64,000 bases of DNA. Origin: Terriglobia bacterium. GTDB lineage: Bacteria; Acidobacteriota; Terriglobia; 20CM-2-55-15. The stretch covers positions 384,001 through 448,000 of the forward strand of contig CBDAOY010000005.1 in NCBI GenBank assembly GCA_965198225.1, given 5' to 3'. The translations under genes were made by a program, and so were the position numbers. The notes beneath the pieces are model-generated. The model was given only the letters and a program-made list of their open reading frames with translations, did not search any database and had not been told where the DNA came from. Below are positions 58,028 to 64,000 of this stretch, one piece after another (positions within the stretch are counted from its first letter, which is position 1; each line of letters starts with the position of its first letter).

Positions 58028-59599
58028 TCATGGTTTCCAGGCCCAGAAAGCGACTTGATTTCCGATCGAGTGAACCACCTCGATCGCCACGTCGTTGCTG
58101 GTACTGAGTTCGTCGAGCATCCGGCTTTCGGCGATACAGAGAAGCCGGCTACCCGACTGCGTGAGCTCGGCCAGCTCCTCGCCAGACAGAGCGGTCACCG
58201 CGTTGTTGTCCCGGTAATACCGCAGTCCGTAATCCATCCACCGGTCCGGCCTGTACAGAATGACTGGTTGCTGGTCCGAGACGAACCGCTCCAGTTCCTC
58301 CGTCCACGGCTCCATCGTTTCCGCCCTCGGTCCACGGGGAAAGACCACGCTCGTGATCACGAGTACGACGATCGCCATCATCGCTGTATTGAATGCGCCG
58401 AGAGCCGGGGCGGGCATCCAGATCGCGAGGACCACGAGCGCGCCGGCCGCAAGGAAGGACGCTACGGCCAGCGGAACCCCGTATGTTTGTACATCGATGT
58501 TGATGGCATCGCCGAAAAAGCCGACCGTGACACCTATGGCGATCGAGAAAGCCGCCTGGCACAAGACCGCAACCCGAAAGCCGCCCGTCTTTTCGGAACC
58601 GATTTCACGGGCACACAACAGCGCTATAGGCGGCGCCATCGGCAGGATGTAGGCGGGTAGTTTTGAACCGGAAAGTGAGAAGAACACGAGAGGCGCCACG
58701 GCCCACACCAGGATCAGTTGTTCGCTCCTGGAGAAACGCCGGCGCAGGGCGGGTATGAGCAGAAAGGTCCAGGGAAACATCATCAGCAACAGAACCGGGA
58801 TGAAGAAATAGAACGGCTCCTGGTGTCCGTGTATTTCCGAAGTGAAGCGCTGCAGGTTCTGGTTGATTATGAAGACGTCGATGAATTCCCGACCGTTCAC
58901 CCAGGTGACCGCGACATACCAGGGCGCCGCGACAAGCAGCGTGATCAGAATACCCCCCGGGTGCCACCGCTTCCACTCGCTGTAACCTCCGCGCCACAAC
59001 AGGAAGAGCACCAGTGCGAGAGCCGGAAGTAGCACGGCAACCGGCCCCTTCGCCAGCACACCGAGACCCAGAGCGGCGTAAAAGCCGTAGAGATACCACC
59101 GCCGCGCCGCCTCCTCGGCATCCATCCCGAGAACGAAGAAGACCAATGCTCCGGTCAACGCGGCGGTCAGGGGCATGTCCGTTGAAGAGGCACGGGCCAG
59201 GGCGAAAAACCCGGCCGATGAGGCAAGAATCAGGGCCGCTCCGAACCCGATGCCGCGGGAAAACAGACGGTGACCGCACCAGTAGATGAAGAAGACCGAG
59301 AGCGTTGCGCACATCGCCGCAGGAAACCGAGCTCCCGTCTCGCCGACGCCGAACAAGGCAAAGCCCAGGGCGGCCAACCAGTACAGCAACGGCGGCTTCT
59401 CAAACCAGTTTTCTCCGTGGAGTCGCGGAGTGACGTAGTCCCCCGTCTCATACATGCCGCGGGCGACTGCGGCGTAGCGGGGTTCATCGGGCCCAAGAAA
59501 ACCGATGCCGCCCAACTGGTGGAAAAACATCAGGTAACAGACGGCGGCGAGGGCGATAACGATGAAGTAGTCGAGGTGCTGGTCCAGCTTCGGTCGCAT
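58028..59599 (-). CDS. ArnT/PMT-like GT-C glycosyltransferase
   Basis: DEPRYA..AR.M, FEKPPL.YW, LAKGP, PWY, SKLP.YILP. Confidence 0.9.
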   Translation of the reverse strand: MRPKLDQHLDYFIVIALAAVCYLMFFHQLGGIGFLGPDEPRYAAVARGMYETGDYVTPRLHGENWFEKPPLLYWLAALGFALFGVGETGARFPAAMCATLSVFFIYWCGHRLFSRGIGFGAALILASSAGFFALARASSTDMPLTAALTGALVFFVLGMDAEEAARRWYLYGFYAALGLGVLAKGPVAVLLPALALVLFLLWRGGYSEWKRWHPGGILITLLVAAPWYVAVTWVNGREFIDVFIINQNLQRFTSEIHGHQEPFYFFIPVLLLMMFPWTFLLIPALRRRFSRSEQLILVWAVAPLVFFSLSGSKLPAYILPMAPPIALLCAREIGSEKTGGFRVAVLCQAAFSIAIGVTVGFFGDAINIDVQTYGVPLAVASFLAAGALVVLAIWMPAPALGAFNTAMMAIVVLVITSVVFPRGPRAETMEPWTEELERFVSDQQPVILYRPDRWMDYGLRYYRDNNAVTALSGEELAELTQSGSRLLCIAESRMLDELSTSNDVAIEVVHSIGNQVAFWAWKP

Positions 59600-59611
59600 C
59601 TTTAAAAGTAT

Positions 59612-60538
59612 GTGAAAATAACACGGATGCGAGTGGGTGCAAAAGCGTTCATGCAGTATGCGTTAGCGAGGGCCGTGCTCTGGGCGTTCGGTGCCCTGCC
59701 CCACCCCATTGCCTACCGCGCAGGAGATGCGGCGGCATGGATCGGCTACGGGCTCTCACGACGGCAACGCGCATCCGGGATGCGGAACCTCCGGATGGCA
59801 CTGCCCGACCTGTCGGAGGAGGAGAGGCGAAGAATCGTCCGGGCCGTGTTCCGCAACCTGGGCCGCCTGCTCGTCGAATTCAGCCGTTTCCCCAGGCTGA
59901 CGAAGGAAAACATACCCCAACTGGTCGATTACGAGGGCTTCGACAACTATCTGGAGGGACACCGGCGCGGTAAAGGCATCCTCTACCTGACTGCGCACAT
60001 GGGCGCATGGGAACTTTGTTCTTTTGCACATTCCGTCTACGGCTACCCTTTGAAGTTCCTCGTTCGACCGATCGACAACCCGATGATCGACACACTGATT
60101 ACCCGCTTCCGAACCTGCTCGGGCAACGATGTAATCGACAGGACCGACGCAGCCCGTGACGTCCTGAGAGCGCTGCGCGACAACGAAGCGGTCGGCCTTC
60201 TCGTCGACCAGAACACAACTCGGGACGAGGGAGTGTTCGCGGATTTCTTCGGGATTCCGGCGGCAACGACGCCGGGGCTGGCAACGTTCGCGGTCCGGAC
60301 CGAGGCCGCGGTGATACCGGTCTACCTGCGCTGGGACGAGGCGCGGGGACGCCACATCCTTCACTTCGACCCTCCGCTGGACCTGATCCGTACCGGAGAC
60401 CGGCGGGTCGACATTGTGGAAAACACGAAGATGTTCAACAAGGTCCTGGAAGGTTTCGTACGCCAGTTCCCCGATCAATGGCTCTGGATCCACCGCCGGT
60501 GGAAAACCCGCCCCGAAGGCGAACCCTCCCTGTACTGA
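59612..60538 (+). CDS. Lipid A biosynthesis acyltransferase (LpxL/HtrB family)
   Basis: HMGAWE, LVDQ, FFG.PA, PDQWLWIHRRWK. Confidence 0.9.
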   Translation: MKITRMRVGAKAFMQYALARAVLWAFGALPHPIAYRAGDAAAWIGYGLSRRQRASGMRNLRMALPDLSEEERRRIVRAVFRNLGRLLVEFSRFPRLTKENIPQLVDYEGFDNYLEGHRRGKGILYLTAHMGAWELCSFAHSVYGYPLKFLVRPIDNPMIDTLITRFRTCSGNDVIDRTDAARDVLRALRDNEAVGLLVDQNTTRDEGVFADFFGIPAATTPGLATFAVRTEAAVIPVYLRWDEARGRHILHFDPPLDLIRTGDRRVDIVENTKMFNKVLEGFVRQFPDQWLWIHRRWKTRPEGEPSLY

Positions 60539-60639
60539 AACCGCCAGCAGAAGAAAAGAAGACTAACCACGGAGACGCGGAGGAAAGAAGATTAATACCT
60601 GCTCTTCTTCACGGAGCGTAGAGTCCCGCGAGAGAACCG

Positions 60640-60677
60640 ATGTGAGGGGGACAGGGCTTGCCCTGTCCCCGGGTGTT
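60640..60677 (+). repeat. Hairpin repeat (family E), copy 2
   Basis: atgtgagggggacagggcttgccctgtccccgggtgtt. Confidence 0.8.
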
Positions 60678-60723
60678 CGGTACGCAGAAACGTCGGTCGA
60701 CGAAGCGTCTCCGTCGTTAACTC

Positions 60724-61578
60724 TTATTCGATGGCTCCGTAGGCCATGCTCTCCAGGCGGGCGACTCGGTCGTCCATCGGGGGATGGGTGGTGAACAGCT
60801 TCGCTACGCCGCCGCCGCGGAGCGGGTTGACGATGAACATGTGGGCCGTGGCGGGACTGGCGTTCATGGGTATGCGCTTGGACGCGGCTTCCAGCTTGCG
60901 GAGCGCGGAGGCCAGCCACATCGGGTTTCCGCACAAACGGGCGCCGGTCGCGTCGGCTTGGTACTCGCGGGAACGCGAGATCGCCATCTGGATCAACATC
61001 GCGGCGATCGGGGCGATGATCATCATCGCGATCAACCCCACGATGCCGCCCCCGTCGTCGTCGTCGCTTCGACCGCCGCCGAAGATCATCGCCCACTGGG
61101 CCATGTGCGCCAGCAGGCTGATCGCACCCGCAATCGTGGCCGCTATCGTGCCGATCAGGATGTCGCGGTTGCGCACGTGCGCGAGTTCGTGGGCCATGAC
61201 CCCGGTCAACTCTTCACGGCTGAGAAAACGCAGGATCCCTGTCGTCGCGGCGACGGCCGCGTGGTTCGGATTTCTTCCTGTGGCGAACGCGTTCGGGGCG
61301 TCGTCGGGAATGACATAAACCTTCGGCATGGGCATGTTCGCCCGCATCGCCAGGTCTCGAACGACGTCATAGAGTTGGGGGGCCTCCTGCTCGGTGGCTT
61401 CCTTCGCGCGGTACATCTTCAGGACGATCTTGTCGCTGAACCAGTACGAAAACGCGTTCATCGCCAGCGCGAACACGAATGCGAAAATCATGCCTCCCTG
61501 GCCGCCGAGTGCCCCGCCCGCGAACACGAGCAGGACGGTGAGTCCGACCATCAGAGCAGCGGTCTTTGCGGTGTTCAT
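60724..61578 (-). CDS. htpX: Zinc metalloprotease HtpX
   Basis: [28 protein letters not shown]. Confidence 0.96.
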   Translation of the reverse strand: MNTAKTAALMVGLTVLLVFAGGALGGQGGMIFAFVFALAMNAFSYWFSDKIVLKMYRAKEATEQEAPQLYDVVRDLAMRANMPMPKVYVIPDDAPNAFATGRNPNHAAVAATTGILRFLSREELTGVMAHELAHVRNRDILIGTIAATIAGAISLLAHMAQWAMIFGGGRSDDDDGGGIVGLIAMMIIAPIAAMLIQMAISRSREYQADATGARLCGNPMWLASALRKLEAASKRIPMNASPATAHMFIVNPLRGGGVAKLFTTHPPMDDRVARLESMAYGAIE

Positions 61579-61629
61579 TTTTCTCCCCTGGATTCGCGCC
61601 CGGTGTCGGGCTGGCGCGATACATATGAA

Positions 61630-61657
61630 AGTTTATGACCTGCACCTCTTTTGTCAA
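61630..61657 (-). promoter_or_regulatory. Sigma70-type promoter for htpX
   Basis: TTGACA-16 nt-TAAACT. Confidence 0.5.
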
Positions 61658-62916
61658 ACGATACCGGCAGCAGGTCGGAGCGCTCGGGCTAGAAATTCAG
61701 CAATATGAACGATTTCGAGGGTCAATCCATGGCGTCTCGCGCCGTACTGGAGCTGAAACAGGCATCCCGGGTTGCCCGTGACCAGAACGTCCAGTTCGGC
61801 CCGGCGTACCCGCTCCATCTTGCGATCGAGGATCTCCATCGACAGCTCGCGTTGTGTCAAGTTGTAGACGCCGGCGCTGCCGCAGCACTCATCGGCCCCT
61901 TCCACTTCGACGAGTTCGACTCCCGGAACGGCCTCGATCAGTGCACGTGGAGGCTGTCGGACGCCCTGGGCGTGGAGGAGGTGGCACGGGTCATCGTATC
62001 CCACACGCTGTTCCATCCTAAGAGTTAGACGTTCTGCAATCGAAGTGGACACCAGAAAGGAGGACAGGTCCTGCACGCGGGACGACAGCTCCGCCGCCCC
62101 TTCGACCAGCAGCGGGTATTCGGCGAGCATGGCGCCACATCCCGAAGCATTCACGATGACCGCGTCGAGGCCGTCGAGCGGAAAAGCCGCAACGTTGGTG
62201 CGCGCCATTTCGGATGCAGTCGACTGAAGACCGGAGTGGTTGGCCAGGGCGCCGCAGCAGATCTGTTCCGCGGGAACGGCGACGTCGTAGCCGGCCGCAT
62301 TCAGCAGGCCGACGGTCGATCGGTTCACGCCTCCTAGAAGAGAGTTCATGACGCAACCCGCAAACAGAGCGACTCTCCCCCTGGCTCCTCCAACGGCTGA
62401 ATACACGTTGCCGGGCTCCAAGCCCGTGGCCGGCTCCAGCTCGGGCATCAGCTCTTCGGCTGCCGCGTACTCCGGAGCGATTCGCTTCAGCAGACCCGTC
62501 GATCTCAGGAACGAAGACAGGCCGGACTTGCTGTAGAGCTGCAGCAGGCGCGCCAGCAGATGAAAGCGGCCCGGATGCGGGAATACATGCTGGAGCATCA
62601 GACGAGAGATCCAATCCGTCGAGCGTTTCTCGACGATCGTCGCCCTCATCTCCTCCATCATGTGCCCGAACTGCACTCCTGAAGGGCACACGGTCTCGCA
62701 GGCCCGACAGTCGAGGCACCGGAACATGTGTTCGGCGAACGAGTCCGTGATGGACGTACGGCCCTCGTCGAAGGCTCGCATGAGATAGATGCGCCCCCTT
62801 GGGGAGTCCATCTCGCTGCCGAGAACCCGGTAAGTCGGACAGGAGGGCAGACACAGCCCGCAATGGACGCAGTCCAGGTACAGCTCTTCGTGGCGGGCTT
62901 CGACTTCCGCCCTCAT
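61654..62916 (-). CDS. glcF: Glycolate oxidase iron-sulfur subunit-like (GlcF family)
   Basis: CVHCGLCLPSCP, SPRGRI, CLDCRACETVCP, two CCG domains. Confidence 0.85.
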   Translation of the reverse strand: MRAEVEARHEELYLDCVHCGLCLPSCPTYRVLGSEMDSPRGRIYLMRAFDEGRTSITDSFAEHMFRCLDCRACETVCPSGVQFGHMMEEMRATIVEKRSTDWISRLMLQHVFPHPGRFHLLARLLQLYSKSGLSSFLRSTGLLKRIAPEYAAAEELMPELEPATGLEPGNVYSAVGGARGRVALFAGCVMNSLLGGVNRSTVGLLNAAGYDVAVPAEQICCGALANHSGLQSTASEMARTNVAAFPLDGLDAVIVNASGCGAMLAEYPLLVEGAAELSSRVQDLSSFLVSTSIAERLTLRMEQRVGYDDPCHLLHAQGVRQPPRALIEAVPGVELVEVEGADECCGSAGVYNLTQRELSMEILDRKMERVRRAELDVLVTGNPGCLFQLQYGARRHGLTLEIVHIAEFLARALRPAAGIV

Positions 62917-63995
62917 CGTTCCCCGTCAACGTGTCGGCCGGGGTTCAGACGGCGCTCGGGATCGAACGAATGCTTGATCTGCTTCATCAGTTCGTACTCC
63001 CGTCCGCCGACACCGAAGGTCGACACACGACGGCGCACGTCGATCGGGGCGCGCTCGATCACCGTCGGAAGCTGTTCGCGGATCTTCGGGATTTCTTCCG
63101 GATCCCGAAGCCCGAGCAACAAGACGCCCGTCGCAGCATGGGCCATCCAGGACGCGGGTTTGAAGCGCTCGACGACGTCACCGATCCTGGAGGGCAACGC
63201 GACAACCCGGACCACGATGTCGCCGAGTTCACGATAGCACTGGCCGACCTCCCGCCAGAGATCGGGCTCGGCGTCTGGACCGAAGCGCTCCCAATCTCCA
63301 GCGGGCAGGTTTTCGAACTGCCATTCCACCGCGTCAGGATGTTCACCGAAGCGGATGAAGACGGTGTCGGCCGGCCCGAGCCAGATCAGTGATATGGGAT
63401 CGCAGGGTCCGGTACGAATGGCCGCAAGCACCTGGAGAGCGTGGGCCCGACCCCCGACTCGCAGACGGGCCGTGAGGGTCGTCTCGTATCGGGCTCTGAG
63501 CTTGAAGCTGATTTCCGATATCAGGGCCAGCGACCCCAGCGAACCCGTGTAGAGCTTGGCCAGGTCGTAGCCGGATACATTCTTGACGACACGACCTCCG
63601 GTCCGGGAACGTCGGCCTTCAACATCCACCACCTGCATGCCGATGATCCAGTCGCGGATGCTGCCGACGGTCCTCAAGGATCCTTGAGCGTTGGTCGCCG
63701 CGATGCCGCCGATCGTCGCGTCCGGGCCGTTCCACGGATCGAGCGGCAGAATCTGGCCGTGCTCTTCGAGGGCGGCATGCAGCTGCCCCAGGGTGACGCC
63801 GGATTCCACGTGAACGGTCAGGTCCTCCGGTACGTACTCGGTGACCCGCGACAGGCAACGGGTATCGATCGCACAATCGATGGGCTGGAGCGGGTTACCG
63901 AAGTTCAGTTGCGTGCCCGCACCGACTGGTGCGATCGTGCCGGTCTCCCCACGCATGATCTCGGCAAGGTCGTCGACGTTTTCGGGTCGCTCCAC
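62913..63995 (-). CDS. glcE: FAD-binding oxidase subunit (GlcE family); start may lie at or beyond the window edge
   Basis: ATIGG..A, GGRVVKNVSGYDL.KL..GS.G, FDP...LNPG. Confidence 0.82.
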   Translation of the reverse strand: MERPENVDDLAEIMRGETGTIAPVGAGTQLNFGNPLQPIDCAIDTRCLSRVTEYVPEDLTVHVESGVTLGQLHAALEEHGQILPLDPWNGPDATIGGIAATNAQGSLRTVGSIRDWIIGMQVVDVEGRRSRTGGRVVKNVSGYDLAKLYTGSLGSLALISEISFKLRARYETTLTARLRVGGRAHALQVLAAIRTGPCDPISLIWLGPADTVFIRFGEHPDAVEWQFENLPAGDWERFGPDAEPDLWREVGQCYRELGDIVVRVVALPSRIGDVVERFKPASWMAHAATGVLLLGLRDPEEIPKIREQLPTVIERAPIDVRRRVSTFGVGGREYELMKQIKHSFDPERRLNPGRHVDGER

Positions 63996-64000
63996 ACGTC

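Overview
GC-rich 64 kb chromosomal segment from a diderm, LPS-producing bacterium. Gene content resembles Acidobacteriota (inference only). It holds about 40 CDS: housekeeping genes (comM/yifB, bioBFDA, xth, secA, guaB, htpX, lipid A acyltransferase, glcE/glcF-like), a TetR-RND efflux operon, a Mn-riboswitch TerC gene, a Fur-boxed TonB receptor and many exported peptidases and hydrolases. At least five families of intergenic repeats are present. I saw no rRNA, tRNA, CRISPR array or transposase. Two candidate undescribed systems lie in the first 15 kb. (1) An operon encodes a signal-peptide-bearing PI3K/PI4K-fold kinase, a signal-peptide-bearing Shewanella-like phosphatase and an ATP/ADP-translocase (NTT/TLC)-HEAT protein, with a second exported kinase paralog nearby. 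This suggests periplasmic phosphorylation with its own ATP supply. (2) A small membrane protein reads through two in-frame UGA codons, each followed by a SECIS-like hairpin (candidate two-selenocysteine protein). Its promoter shares a triple 21-bp-periodic box with the adjacent LytS/LytTR operon. Two 1-bp frameshifts, one chimeric gene junction and a short internal deletion suggest assembly errors or gene decay. All family assignments come from motif recognition by eye; no searches were run.
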